DNA of 64,000 nucleotides from the human T2T-CHM13v2.0 reference genome, Homo sapiens. Within the stretch, counting starts at the first letter, position 1, and the number at the start of each line of letters is the position of its first letter. Below are positions 13,530-27,745 of this stretch, in pieces. A program made the position numbers and the translations under genes. The stretch lies in NCBI RefSeq assembly GCF_009914755.1, contig NC_060926.1. One strand, 5' to 3'. Under the pieces are notes generated by a model. The model was not told where the DNA came from. It ran no database searches and worked only from the letters and a program-made list of their open reading frames with translations.

Positions 13530-14520
13530 AATTATGATGAGTGCTATGAAGGAAATGAATGAAGCGTGGCGATAGAGGATTACAGGTGTAATGAGCTGCA
13601 TAGGTGGCATTGAAGTTGGGGGCAGGATGAGAAGAAAGCAGTCGTGCAGAAGAGGAAGGGTTCGAGGCAGAGTGAACGGTACATGAAGGCTCTGGGAGCA
13701 GAGGGAGCAGGGGAACAGGTTGAGTTTGGGGAATTAAAGGAACTCACCAGCAGCTGGGCTGCAGTGAAGAGATGGAGGCAGGTCAGGCAGACCTTGTGGC
13801 CCTAGAACTGAGTTTGGATTTTTGTCCTCAGTGCAATGGGAAGCTTTCAAAGCAGTTTGAACAAAGAAGTGACATGGTCTGCTGGGCTTTTGAAAGATTA
13901 CTGTGGCTGTCCTGTAGAGGCCAGATTAGAGGGGCATTAAGAATGGAAGCCTGGAGACAAGATCCTCCCACTCACACAGGAAAGCCTGATGTATTTAATT
14001 TCTTTTCTTTTTTGGTTCCTTCCCCCTGAGCATCCTTTCTGACCTTGGGCTTGGCATGAGACTGAGGTGCCGTAAAAGACTTTCAGGACTTCAGTTCAAC
14101 TTAGTACATATTTATTAAATATTTACATGTACTCGTCCCTGAGCAAGGCACTGTAGGGGATGCAAGAGACAAAGGTCTGGTTTCTGTCCCCAAGGAGCTT
14201 TAAAATTATCTAAAGAGAAAAGGCATTTGTTTATTAATCTAACATACAGCCATACTCTACCATCTTGGTGCTGAACTTAGGGGAAGACTAAGATACGGTC
14301 TTTGCCCTAGAAGCGGTTGGGTTCTGGGGAGACAGAAGTTTCCAGAAAAGTTTGTTCGATGCAGTATAATAGAGGTCTATGCTGAGTGCTAAGGGATGGG
14401 TTTTGCTGTGTGAGGCCAGAAAACCACAGAGGAAGTGAAATTCATGTTGGATCTTAATCACAAGCAGAGATGGGTTGGGGAGAGAGGTGAGAAAGGGCAT
14501 TTTAGGTTATGAATTAGTCC
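13530..14520 (-). mobile_element. L2 LINE relics (two fragments)
   Basis: gtttggatttttgtcctcagtgcaatgggaagc...gaagtgacatg and ttcaac...catatttattaaatattta...ggcactgtaggggatgc are typical of the L2 3' region. Confidence 0.6.
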
Positions 14521-14699
14521 TATTCAAAAGTAGGCTGCTGGATGATATTGCTCAATATGGGTCAACAGTATGAGCTGGCTGCAAAGAAAGTGTCATTTAG
14601 GTTGCTTTTAATGAAAACATAGTTTGTAGAAGGAAGGAGGAGATGGTTGTGAGGTGCTCTTCTGACCACACAGAGTTGTTATGTGGAGATCAAGGTAGC

Positions 14700-14858
14700 T
14701 TTTTTTTTTTTTAGACCAGGTTCTACTGTCACTCACCCAGGCTGGAATGCAGTGGAATGATCCAGGCTCACTACAGCCTTGAAATTCTGGGCCCAAGCGA
14801 TCCTCCCACCTGAGCTTACCAAGTAGCTAGGGCCACAGGCATGCACCACCACAACTGG
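14700..14858 (-). mobile_element. Alu right monomer (FRAM or truncated AluJ)
   Basis: Poly-T followed by one reverse Alu arm only. Confidence 0.85.
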
Positions 14859-14899
14859 TACCTCTTTTAAAGAGGGTTTTAGACATAGAATTGAATGGA

Positions 14900-15340
14900 T
14901 GGTTAGTCTGGGACCTCTGAGAAGCAGACGACCATATGGGATTAAACATGTAAGGATTTTTTCAGGGAAATGCCTTGAGAGAATGTTAGGAAAAGAGCCA
15001 GGGAAGGCTGGGAGAGCCATCAGACCACAATACAAGTCTGACCCTGATTGCAAGAGTGGGGAAGGAAGTTGAGTGGAAGCATCCCAGACTACCATGCAGG
15101 CTAAGGAAGGGTTAGCAAGACTTTTAGGAAGTCCTTGAACCAAAGTTAGCTGGCAGAGGTGTTTTGTGTTTATCAGGATTTAATATCACGAATGCACTTA
15201 GGCACTGAGTGGAAGCAGCCCAGGGCAAGCATATCCTGTGTACAAACAAGGTGGTGGATTTCTGAGAAAGCAGCCATAGCCCTTGGCTGATTAAACTCTT
15301 TGTAGCTGGGAGATTGCGAGGCTCACACTTATGTCTGCCC
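14900..15340. mobile_element. Old ERVL-type LTR relic (LTR16/LTR33-like)
   Basis: gagaagcagacg...gggattaaacatgtaaggatttt...gggaaatgcc resembles these LTRs; family uncertain. Confidence 0.45.
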
Positions 15341-17349
15341 CCATAGGGTGGCTGTGGTGATGAGAAAATTCAACACCAGACATGCTGTGTATAGTTCCCG
15401 AAGGCATCTCAGAAGTGGTTTATTATTCATTATTTCAAAAAGATTTTTAAAATTTGACATGTATTTATTGATATGCCATATGCCAGCGATACCAATAGGA
15501 AAGAAACCGACCCTACCCTCAAGGAGCTCATAGTCTAGAGGAGCACAGCAGTTTTTAATGGAGGCTGATATGTACCAAGATGTCTATATGAACAAAGAGC
15601 ACCAGGAACACAGCTTGGTGGTGATACTGGTGGTTAACAGGGTCACCAGATTCCTGGAGGGGCTTGAGCTGGGTTTTAAGGACAAATTGCAAGTCTTTAG
15701 GTAGAGATGGGGGAAGGGATTCCACTAATATGCAAAGAGGCATTGTATGTGGAATGACATTTAATTTTTATGTCAATAATATAACTGGGTTATTTGGGCC
15801 CAAATTTTTAGAAACTATGGGAAGATAGATTTGGGATCGATATAAGCAAGAACTTTCTGAAGGACAGAGAAAGGTGAGATAGTGATGTCTTGGTGAGTTT
15901 CTAGTGCTGCTAATATCTAGCTGGGAGGCTGTTTGCAAAAGTGAAGTCAAGTCAGGAAAGGGTAGTTTTGGTTTTGGAGAGGACTTGAATCCTTAAGCTT
16001 CTGTGATTTAAAGGAGCCTTTTCTGCCCTATAATATCCAGAAGGAGGGTACCACGACCCCTGGGAAAGTGCACCACTTCTGTCTATGACTGTCTTCTCCC
16101 AGCCTCAGGCTGCACACTGGCCTGCAATTTTCTTTTGGCCAGTAGTGGGGACAAACGGGCCTATTTCTTGGAAAGGCCAATGTTAATGCCCACCTTGTGC
16201 CGTAGAACAAAGGCCAGGAGTCCCAGGCCATGACTCTTTCTCTGGCTGATCAGAAGAGAGATTTCCATCAACACTTGCCTGATTGCCGTCTCCAAAGAAA
16301 AGAGTGAGGTCATGAACATGCACGATGAAGTATGATTACAGCAAATACCTCCCAAAGACTCTATCCTTCCTGGAGAAGGCTTCCCTGAAGGCTTAGTAAG
16401 TATGAGAGGCAATAGACTGCTAATCAGCAAGGAAATTAGCTCACATATGCTCCTGACAGCGTTCATTTTTAATAGAGTCAGATACTAGTTTAAAACTGTC
16501 GGAAGAACCCATAACCAAAAAGATGTTCATTTTTCAGAAGAAAAATCAGAGAAGTCACTAAGGGGACAATTTCACATACTATTCAAAAAACATTGCTGGT
16601 AATTCTAGAAACTGCATGTCTTGGAAAAAACACTGATCTTAGTCCCAGCACAGCCATATGCTGGTTGTGGGGCCTTGAAAAATGTCAGTCTTTCTGGGAC
16701 CCATTTTCCTGATCTGTAAAACAGGTATTAGATACCTCCTTACTCCACTGCTGCCCCTGAATCATTGTTAATTGCTTCTGTGTCTGTGGGTCCCTCCCTG
16801 CAGATGCAAAGCTCCAGGAAGGAGCATCTGATTGTGCATCCAGGCTCCATGCTGAGCCTATGTTGGTGAAGGCTGGAAGAAACGAGTCTGCCCTTTCGGT
16901 CTCTACAGTTCCTCCTGAGACTCCCAAAGAAAGGAATTCCCCCCAACAGGAAGATTTTGGGATTAATAGATGGCCAAACATAAGACAAAACAAAACAAAC
17001 GGCCAGTGGCCACTATATTTTCTCTCCAGAATTTGTGAAATTGATGAATGTATATGAAAGTATTTCATGCCACTGAAGTACTCTGCTAATACCAGGATTT
17101 ACTAAAGATATGATACTTGTCTTTCCCCATGTTTTATCCCACAGATAGATTTCATTTTCTGCTCTTCCATTTCTTGGCTTTAATTTACCTTTCCCGAAAA
17201 GCCCTTCTAGCCTGGCCATCTCAGCTTCCAGCTTTCCCTAAACTTCTTTGATACTCCAGTCTTCCCCAGTTTGATTTAGAGCATTGTTGTGTTCTGTTTG
17301 AAGTCTTGAAGAAATCAGTTGAAGATTTTCACACTGGGTTCCAGGAAGA

Positions 17350-17730
17350 ACCAGTGTTTAGCCTAGCCAGGGGCTGTTGAGATATAGGTACAAGGGAGAT
17401 TGAAGGGTGATGCAGCCCAACACCAGAGTCTGTCTACTGCACAGGAGTCTGGAGCTAGGATGGCCTTCCATAGCTGTCCTGGGTTGGGCCAGGTTGAGCC
17501 AAGTTGGCTGGACTGTTAATGCCAGATGCTTATATTTGATCAGTCTTTGAATGTGGGCCACCCAGAGAAGGGAGTATAATCTTCGTTGAGGGGCTCTTAG
17601 CAGCTGAGGCAATCTCTGGAGGGCTGGTGGCTGAAGGCTGTCTGCTGCCCTCAGCCCCAGCAGCTGTGGTAATAAGACATCCCTTAAAGGGGGAATCTGA
17701 GTAGCACATGGCAGTGTCCACCACAGCCTT
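17350..17730 (-). mobile_element. Old ERVL LTR relic (LTR16-like)
   Basis: Reverse strand reads gtggacactgccatgtgctactcagattccccc...agctgctggg...cagccttcagc. Confidence 0.55.
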
Positions 17731-18000
17731 CCTCTCTGCTTACCCACCCAGCCTCAGTAAGAGAGAAGCAGCTCTGCCTTGGTCCATTTTATAGATAGCA
17801 TTTCTACATGAGTAAAAACATGTGTTCTCTTGCTTAAAAAGTTTGGACATCACTGCTCTTGTCCAGCTGTTTTATTTTTTAGGTGAGGAAATTGAGGACC
17901 AGCTTCTCTGGCTTCCAACAAGGTAACTTTTCCATTATACCATGACTGGCACCTCTTTATTTCCTGTCTTTATCTCTGACACCCCTGAGGACAGGCAAGC

Positions 18001-18032
18001 TGTGGCAGACACTGTCAGTTTCCCAGAAATAT

Positions 18033-18095
<63 letters not shown>

Positions 18096-18580
18096 CTTTC
18101 TCTCTTTCTCTTCCTTCCTTCCTTCCTTCCTTCCTTCCTTCCTTCCTTCCTTCCTTCCTTCCTTCCGTTTGTTGTCAGTGGCACATGTCTAGCTAAAGAA
18201 CCTGATTTCCCAGCCTAGCTTGCAGCTAATAGTATCCTGTAACGAAGTTCTGGCTCATGGGAAATATGCTGAGGGTTTCTAGGAAAACTCTACTTTCTTA
18301 ATTTAAGCACCATCCCATCCATCCCCTTTACTTTCTCCTGCCACCTGGAATGCAGACATCATGGATGGAGATCTTGCAGCCATTCTAAGAATGAGGACAA
18401 GGTTTGTATCCCAAGAATGGCAGGGCAGAAAGCTGGAAGTGCCCAGGTCCTAGATAACCTTTGTGGAGCTCCCATATATCTCCTCTGCCATTGTGTTACA
18501 TGAAGAAAATAAAAATCCCTGTCTAGCGAAGGCACTGCTGTTTGGAATTTGGGCTGTTAAATGCAGTCCCAGATAGATAA
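18001..18580 (+). mobile_element. MLT1J/K-like MaLR LTR with internal microsatellite
   Basis: Starts tgtggcagacactgt; internal tttcccagcc...ttgcagcta, aagttctggc, gcagccattct. Confidence 0.65.
18032..18165. repeat. Compound (TTTC)n-(TC)n-(TTCC)n microsatellite
   Basis: Read directly. Confidence 0.98.
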
Positions 18581-19892
18581 CACCCAGTTAAACAGAGAAA
18601 GCAGGATCTTGGAGCTGATACATTCAGATTAATATCTTTAATAGCCCTGGTCTCTGAGGCATCCTTGGCTTTCTGCATGAAGACTTGATGTAGGTAAAGG
18701 ACAATGGATTGAGAATTTAGAAAATGGAGCTCCTACTCCAGTTCTACCATTCACTAATTGTGTAAATTTGGACAGGTCAGATAGCCTTTGGGGGCTCAAT
18801 TTCACGTATTATAAAGACAGACTTAAAGTAGATCTCAAAGTTTCCTTTTATTGCTCTAAGCCACTGTTTCTCTCGTCCTGTGACTCAGTCTACACTGGGA
18901 ATGGATCATGTAGAGTCATACTTAGGCAATAGTTTCAGGTTAAGAAGTTGTGAGTGTGACAAAATGTGAGAAATAGCTTTGCTTTTAAAGGTTATTTCTT
19001 GCTAAGTATTGAATATAATCCAGTTTACTAAGGATTTTCTTCATAAGAATTCTTTGTATTTTTTGTGGGTTACTGACTTAATTAGTGTAATTAAGCACAA
19101 TTACAAAATTATTGTGGATCTATATAATTGGGTACTAACAATGTGTAATTAGGTAACTACATCTTGTAATTAGAGACTTGAAAATGTAGTACCATTTTAG
19201 AGTTCTTATTCTACTTTGTCAAAAATTGTACCAAATATACATACAGATCATTTAAGAAGTCCACTTTACCTTACAGTTGAATGGGTTTTATTCCTGTAAA
19301 TTGCTAACAGCACTTGCCTGCCCTCCCAAACCCCCCGCCACCGCCGACATTAGGTAGAAATAGCTTTGTATTGTTTTTTAAATCAAACTTTGGTCACAGA
19401 GTTAAAATAAATTTCTTTTATACTTTTTAAAAAAATGTATGACTAAAAGAATCAATTAGGGGGTTTGAAATGTAAAAGAAATCCTGGTTTCATTTCCGAG
19501 CATGTAAAATAGAATGTGGTGGGCTTAGAAACAGTGATTTGAATTCTGAAAAAGGAAATCCAGGTATAGCATTTTATGAGTAGAACTGAAGTCATATAAT
19601 CAGTCTTTGGAATTATATTGACTAATTTTTGTGTACTTCAGATGTAAGTAATTTTTCTTTTTTGGAAAATTCATTGTAGGGGTTTCAAGATGATAGAAAT
19701 GCTTCATATTTGTGAGGCCCCCAGTTATACAAATGGATTTGCAAGCATGGTCCTTAAGATAGCATCCAGAAAACTTCCAAGTCAATCTTTTGCTTCCTTT
19801 TCATTAGAAAAAAAGAGCATGTCTTACTGTTCTGTGAATATACTAAGAGTTGTGAGCAGCTGCCATATTGGTGGAGTAGAAAACCATGAGGA

Positions 19893-20409
<517 letters not shown>

Positions 20410-20609
20410 CTAAAGGGTGGTTCCCTTAGTTTGTTTAGTTGTGAGTATCAAATGGACAAAGGGTATGAGAAAGGGAAAAGAAAATTATAAAGTACTATAT
20501 TTGTGTTAGGTTTAAAATTCTATTATTATTTGGGGACAGTGGGTATCTTTTTGATGCCTTTCCATTTTCTTTATGTAAGTCATTACTTACTCCTCTTATT
20601 CACACAAGC

Positions 20610-20790
20610 ATAGCTTTTTAAAGCTGGCAGGAGTCTTGACAAAATATCCTTATTTTGCAGATGGAACTGAGGCCCAGAGAGGTCAAATGGCTTGCCAAAG
20701 GTTGAAAGTTAGTTGGTAATAGAGCCATTTTAGAATACAATTCTTTTGATTCCCAATCAAGTGCCCTTTCCAATCACCCTTATTACACAT
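20610..20790 (-). mobile_element. MIR
   Basis: Core attttgcagatggaactgaggcccagagaggtcaaatggcttgcc. Confidence 0.75.
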
Positions 20791-22121
20791 GGCTGGTGCT
20801 GTTCTTGGGAACTGAGTGAAGTTGGGAACACCATCTGCCCTCACTGGAATATCTCTAGGAGGATAGCAGACTTTTTCTCATATTGATATTTTCCCTACAG
20901 AAGATTTGAATGTGGATGCTTTTCAACAGTTCCCTTTCATAAAAGGCGGGAGGAGGCAGGCATTGCATTTGGTGAGCTAATACAAAGCTTTCCTGGGGAA
21001 ATTATGAAAACTTGGGATGAAGATGAAAAGCATATGGTGAACTGGCTCTGCTTTCTGCAGTATGTGTAGGCTTATGCAGTGGGTGGTACTCTGAGGATCT
21101 GAGATGAGAATGGAGGGGTAGAGGTTATTAGGGTTGTGGAGAAGACTGTGTGTCAGGTAGTTTTTTATCCTATGGAGGGAGGTGACTTTGTGGCTTTGGA
21201 TAGAGCAGGCTGAGTGGCAGATCCAGAATGATGGCCAATAAGTATAGTACCATGTTCTTGTAACACTATAGTTTCATGTGGTTTGTTCAGTGCTAACTCC
21301 TGAGATGGCTGGGGCTGCCAGTGTGCCTCAGGAACTTTTTCTTACAATAGGTAGAGAGTATTTTTCCCTCAGAATTTGAGGAGGATAATAAAAAGATTCA
21401 TTTTGGATGACTAAGCTCATACTATGGAGTGGATATATAACTTACAGAGGAGTTAACTTAAATGTAACTTATAGGCAGAACTACAATCATTATATAGTAT
21501 GATTTTTTATTACCTCATCTCTCCTTAATAAGAATTGGAAAAAATGCTAGCCATTTCTGGTTTCTATTCAGCTTCTCTTCTTTCAACATTTTGCTTTTTA
21601 ATTTCTTGTCTGTGTTCACTGCAGTTCACATTCCACACTGAATTGCCTTAGAATGGTTTCTTTATTGAATGACGAACTTTAATATCAATTAAGGAAACTT
21701 GTCAGCATCTTCTCATAGAATTCTTTAAGACTACATTTCTAAATGGACTGCATCTCTGAAGCTCTTGTTATCTTAATGCCCATTCCCACTGTTCCATGTC
21801 ATACTAAATCTTCTAATTCATACTTAAAAAAAATTCTTGCCACTTTTCTCATGCTGACAAAGTCTGTTGGGCTTATATCTCTGCACAGAGCTGGACTGCT
21901 TAGACTTGTGCTGTAGTAATAAGAAGTTTTTCAGTCTAGTTTTTTTTTCCAGTTGAGAACAAAGACCAGAGAGTTTAGTCATTGCCTGTAAAACAGCGTT
22001 AAATCTTTTCTTATTTGGTTTTGCTGAACAGTGGCATCATATGTTTTTTCTACTCTGGGTCAACAGCATTGTGTTTTTTTTTTAAATTATTTTAAGCCCA
22101 CTGTATTGTTAAATCAGAAAC

Positions 22122-22192
22122 TGTGAAGGGTCTGGGATTTTACTCTTCATGCAAACTAACAAGTTAGACAGCCACACTGTGTTGTGTGCACG

Positions 22193-22241
<49 letters not shown>

Positions 22242-22747
22242 CAGACGACCTCTGAGTTAGAGAAAAAGAGTCATATATACAGCAAAACTGTGGCCAAGGT
22301 AATTTCTTAGCACCAGTTCTCCAAGCCTCATATCTGCAGGTGACATGATGACCAGGTTGTACCTGTATATGCAGTGGGGTGCATTACAGGAGAGAAACCC
22401 CCAAATTAGGAAGTTCTGATCCTATATATGGGTGTTGGAAACCTGCCCATCCTTCACTTCTGAGTTGGCAACCTGCCCATCATTCATTTCTTAGTAAAGA
22501 CATTATCTTTACTCTAAGAAGTATGCCAATCTTCTCCAGGTTGTGGTAGGAGAAGTCTTTATCTTTATTATTCTGGAATATCTCTGGGGAAGGGTTTTTA
22601 AGCTTTACTACATTGGTCAGGAGACAAATCCTTCCTCTGACCTGGAGGAATATACCATCTCTAGTTTCCAAGGTTGTTTGCTATTCTTGGAAGAGATAGT
22701 TTGAGATGTGCAGACATGCCAGTCTCTTGGAGGATTATCTTCCAACA
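22122..22747. mobile_element. ERV LTR relic (ERVL, MER73/74-like; family uncertain) containing (CA)n at ~22196-22237
   Basis: TG...CA bounded; tgtgaagggtctgggattttac...aactaacaagttag...gccacac resembles recalled consensus. Confidence 0.5.
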
Positions 22748-24124
22748 TACATGTAGGCAACACCTATTCCATAAACAAATAAATAATAGAAAACCAAAAG
22801 CATGTAAACATTTGAGGCCCCTCATGACTTACAGGATAAACTCTAAACTCCTGTGCTTGGCATTCAAGGCCCTTCACTACTTGTTTCTCTCTACAATTCT
22901 CCCTCTCTAATCCTCCACTTGGACATAACTGGCCTTCTTGTTGCTGGCTTTTTCTTTTTACATAGTTTCCCTTCATGGCCTTTGCTGCTCTTGGAGTGTC
23001 CTCCCTCACCTCCTTTCTGCCTTTCTGAATCTTCCTCATGTTTCAAGAACTATGGTTCATCATCAATCAGACATCCATTCTTTCCAGTTGTAGGCTAAGT
23101 ACGTCTTCCTTTTTGAGTTCATGTTAAAATTTGAAATCCATCCTATGCCAATAAGAGAATGTGACCTGATTTATGTGCAAAGAGACTAGCGTCCCTGAAG
23201 CCCAGAACTCACCTATTTTAAGGTCAGATTACAATTGAGAATAGAGTGGATCACACTGGTCTGGGTCCTGGTTAGCCTAGTGACTCAACTCCTCAAAGTC
23301 TCCTTAGATTAAAACAGGATGCTAAGAAGGTCAGGGCTATGGATACTATTCTGGTTCTCTAAGTCCAGGATTAAAACATGCCCCCAGACTCTTTACTTAT
23401 GTCACACCTCTAGCTTTAATCAGACTTCTAGAGAAAGGCTTCTCTGGGACCCTGATTCAGTAGGTCTGAGAAGGAGACCTGAGAATTTGTATTACTAACA
23501 AGCTCCCAAGTGAAGCTTATGCTGCTGGCCCACAGATTACTCTTTAAGCAGGGATCTAGATAATTTTTCATGATCAAGTTGTGCGTGAATACGTGTGCAT
23601 ACATGTGAACCTCTGCAAATAGTTTCCTAGAATTAGAATCCGGAAAAGGAACGGATGTTTTCTGAGCATATTACCTTACTTAATCTTCACATGAGAGGTA
23701 GGATTTTTTTCTTTCTTGGTTTTGCGGCTGTAAAAACCGATTTTAGACAGGATAAATGACTTTCTCAAACAAGCAGGAGAGCGGGGATTCACATTCATTT
23801 CCCTTCATTCCAAAATCCCAAGTCTGCCCATCACACTAAGGTCAAGCCTGGTATTTCAGGTCTCTGACTAAGAACTGGAACTAATACCCTAGCAGACCAC
23901 ACACTCTAACTAACCAGGCAGTGCTTTCAGCAGAGGTACACTGTGGAGCAGGCAGTCGGGGGTAAGTATGATGTCAGTTTGGCTCTAGTTGCTGAGAGCC
24001 CCTTGGAAGGCAAGACATCTTATACATGGAAGCGTGCTTGAAAGTTCACAGAGCTTTTCACCTACTTTGTAATTTTCTCCGAATTAACCAGATAACTTAA
24101 TCCTCTGCAATTTTCAGAACCTAA

Positions 24125-24520
<396 letters not shown>

Positions 24521-24779
24521 TGAATATCAGGAAATAGGATCCTCTTGGGGTTGGACAGAGGTGCCTCCCCTCTCCCTTGGCCTCCCCCAACCTCTGCTCC
24601 TTCTCCCAGTCCTACCTTCCCCCGACCACACCTGCAGCTTCTGTGTGATCTCAGCGGGATAGAGCCTGGCTAGTAAGCCATGGGGAGGAGGAAATTTCAT
24701 GTGCTTATCTTCTGATACTGCCTTTCACACACCAGAGGATCCCTAAAAGGGCATCAACTCCATGGAGGCCCCACCAAGA

Positions 24780-24980
24780 ACAGTGTGGCAGCCACTGACT
24801 CTACTTAGCAATGTATCAGAGCCACTTGGGAAGCTTTATAACAATGCAGATTCCCTGTGTCACCCAGATCTAGTGATTCAAAATTTCTGCAAATGGGGAC
24901 CTATAGTGTTTATTTTTAGAAAAGCTTTCTAGGTGGTATTGATACAGCTTGTTCTTTGATCAAGGTTTGGGAACCTTGTG
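24780..24980. mobile_element. MER5-type DNA transposon relic
   Basis: atcagagccacttgggaagcttt...aatgcagattcc...caaggtttgggaacc. Confidence 0.6.
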
Positions 24981-25818
24981 TATAGAAGGAAAAACACCCT
25001 CATACCAGGCTGGCAATCAAAGCTGAACCTGGTCACCACTTATTCCTGGGGCTCTGGGCAGATCATTTCCCCTATCTTAGGCCACTGTTCTCACACCTGT
25101 AACATGAGGAGTTGAGTTAGGTAATTTTTTTGGCTCCTCATAGTTTTAACTTCCTAAGACTCAGTTGGGTTTGCTTGGCCCTAGAAAAAGCTCATCCCAA
25201 CCTCAGAATCACTTCCAGTGAAGATCCTGTGAGGTGTGGTTCCTCGTTTAGCCTTTGTGAATTTCATCCTCGGATGCAAGACAGAGATCTTCCTTTCAAG
25301 GGTGGAAGGTAAGAAGGACTTACCTTCTTCCTTACCAGTCATGTGGAGACACTAGATATTACCATTTTCAGAGTAGTAATGTTTTAACCGGCTTAATTCA
25401 ATTTGGCCTCAATTCACTCCACATTACAACATGTCTAGCACTCTGCCAGAGTTTATGAGATATGGTTCCTGCAGATGAGTGGCTTGTCATCTGGCTGGAG
25501 AAAGACGATGTCAGTACATTGAACTTGGCAGTGACTACAAATGGGATTTTAGGTGCTCAGGGTTGGGAAGATTGGAGTGGGCTGGAGGAGTTGGGAGGCT
25601 TCACGGAGAAGCTCACCAGCTTGGTTTCAACCAAGTCTTTAGCACAGGTAGAGGTCAGGTGGGCGCAGAAGAAAGGAGAGGCTGATACAGGAAGGAGGAT
25701 CATCTTGGACACACATCCGGGACTATTTGTGGAACAGATGGGAGACTAATTGGAAGGAATGTCCTAGGGAGTATGAGATGAGGTTGGGGAGGCAGGTTGG
25801 CATATTAAAGGACTCAGA

Positions 25819-26738
25819 AAAGAAACTATCAAGAGAGTAAACAGACTGCCTAAAGAATGGGAGAAAATATTTGCAAACTATGTATCTGACAAAAGTCAAA
25901 TATCCAGCATCTTTAAGGAACTTAAATAAATTTACAAGAGAAAAAAAAACCCATTAAAAAGTGGGCAAAGGACAGGAACAGACACTTCTCAAAAGTGGAC
26001 ATACATGTGGCCAACAATCATATGAAAAAAAGCTCAATACCACTGATCATTAGAGGAATGCAAATCAAAACCACAATGAGATACCATTTCACAGCAGTCA
26101 TAATGGCTATATGAAAAAGTCAAAAAAAAAAAATGCTGGCAAGTTTGTGGAGAAAAAGGAACACTTATACACTATTGGTGGGAGTATAAATTAGTTTAAA
26201 CATTGTGGAAAGCAGTATGGCGATTCCTCAAAGAGCTAAAAGCAGAACTTTCATTCAACCCAGCAATCCCATTACTGGTATATACCCAGAAGAATATAAA
26301 GCATTCTACGAAAAAGACACATGCCTGTGAATGTTCACTGCAGCACTGTTCACAATAGGAAAGACATGGAATCAATCTAAATGCCAATCAATGACAGACT
26401 GTGTAAAGAAAATATGGTACATATACATCATGGAGTACTATGCAGCCATAAAAAAGAATGAGATCATGTCTTTTGCAAGAACATGGATGAAGCTGGAGGC
26501 TATTATCCTTAGCCACAAGTCTCCTGGTGCAATACAAAGAAGAAAACAACAGACATTGGGGTCTACTTGAGTGGGGAGGGTAGGAGGAGGGAGAGGAGCA
26601 GAGAAGATATCTATTGGGTACTGAGTGATGAAAAAATATGTACAACAACCCCCCTGACATGTGTCTATCTATGTAACAAACCTTCATAAAATAAAAATTA
26701 AAATTAAAGTTAAAAAATAAATAAAAGTTAAAAAAAAA
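25819..26738 (+). mobile_element. 5'-truncated L1 (L1PA15/16-like) with internally deleted 3'UTR, inserted in an L2 relic
   Basis: ORF2 3' end and 3'UTR; perfect 13-bp TSD taaaggactcaga (25806-25818 / 26739-26751). Confidence 0.92.
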
Positions 26739-27477
26739 TAAAGGACTCAGACACTGTTCCATGGCAAAAGGGATCTGTGGTAGATTCTTGAATGAGGCAA
26801 GGATGTGATCAGAGCATTATATTCTAGGAATATAGTTTCAGGTGGAGGCCTACACAATGGTCTAGAGAAGGGAGATAGCAATTGTAATATTAGTCAAAGA
26901 GCTAATCTGTGGCTGTGGCTGCTTCCCAGCAGGGAGCCCATTTCTAGGCCTGTTCTTGCTTCTTCGGCCTGAGGAAAACACCTTGTCTTGTCCCCTGGTG
27001 CAATAGGACCTCAGTCAATTTAGTACACACTCAAACACGTCTTTGTTTGCAGCACTCAGGCCCCATAGGGATATGAAGAAGTCAGGAGGGGGTCCCTCAT
27101 TTCAAGAACACTGTAATCTTGTAGAGAGTTGTGATCCTGATCAGTAGGTCCTGGCACTGTGCCAGTGAGGTTCAAGAATTGTCTTTCACATCCATTCATC
27201 CACCCTTTTTCTGAGCACCTCACTGTGCACCAATAACTATCAAAAGTGCTAAGGGGAATTCAAGTCACCATAAAATACTCTCCCTGCTCTCGTGGGTCTA
27301 TACAGAGAAACCTGTGGGGTTGGGATGACTAAAGTAACCATCACCTTCTAAATTGTGAGATTTCACTGTAAGTGAAATGGAAGCCAAAGGAGGAAGAAAA
27401 CATTGTGATGAGAGAGGTCAGAGAAACCTTCTTGGAGAAAGTGAGTCTTCATGTAGCAAGGTGATAGGATGTGGCCA

Positions 27478-27745
27478 GAGCAGCACAGTCCAACAGTCTG
27501 TGATACAAGTCACAAATATCATTCTAAGTTTTCTAGTAGCCACATTAAAAAGTAAAAAGAAACAGGTGCAATTAATTTTAGCATGTCTTTTAACCAATTT
27601 TTTTAATCTAAATTATTATTATGTTGACATGTAATTGATATAAAAATCTTCACGAGCCAGGGCATATTTTGCACATATGGTACACCTCAATTTGAACTAG
27701 TCGCATTTTGAATGCTCAATAGCCACATGTATTGGGCAGCTCAAG
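27478..27745. mobile_element. MER33/MER3-type hAT-Charlie relic
   Basis: ttttctagtagccacattaaaaagtaaaaagaaacaggtg and tgctcaatagccacatgt. Confidence 0.75.

Noticed and set aside
17942-18196. Low-complexity FLSF/RKEG ORFs (also 31061-31360)
   Set aside because: Translations of microsatellites
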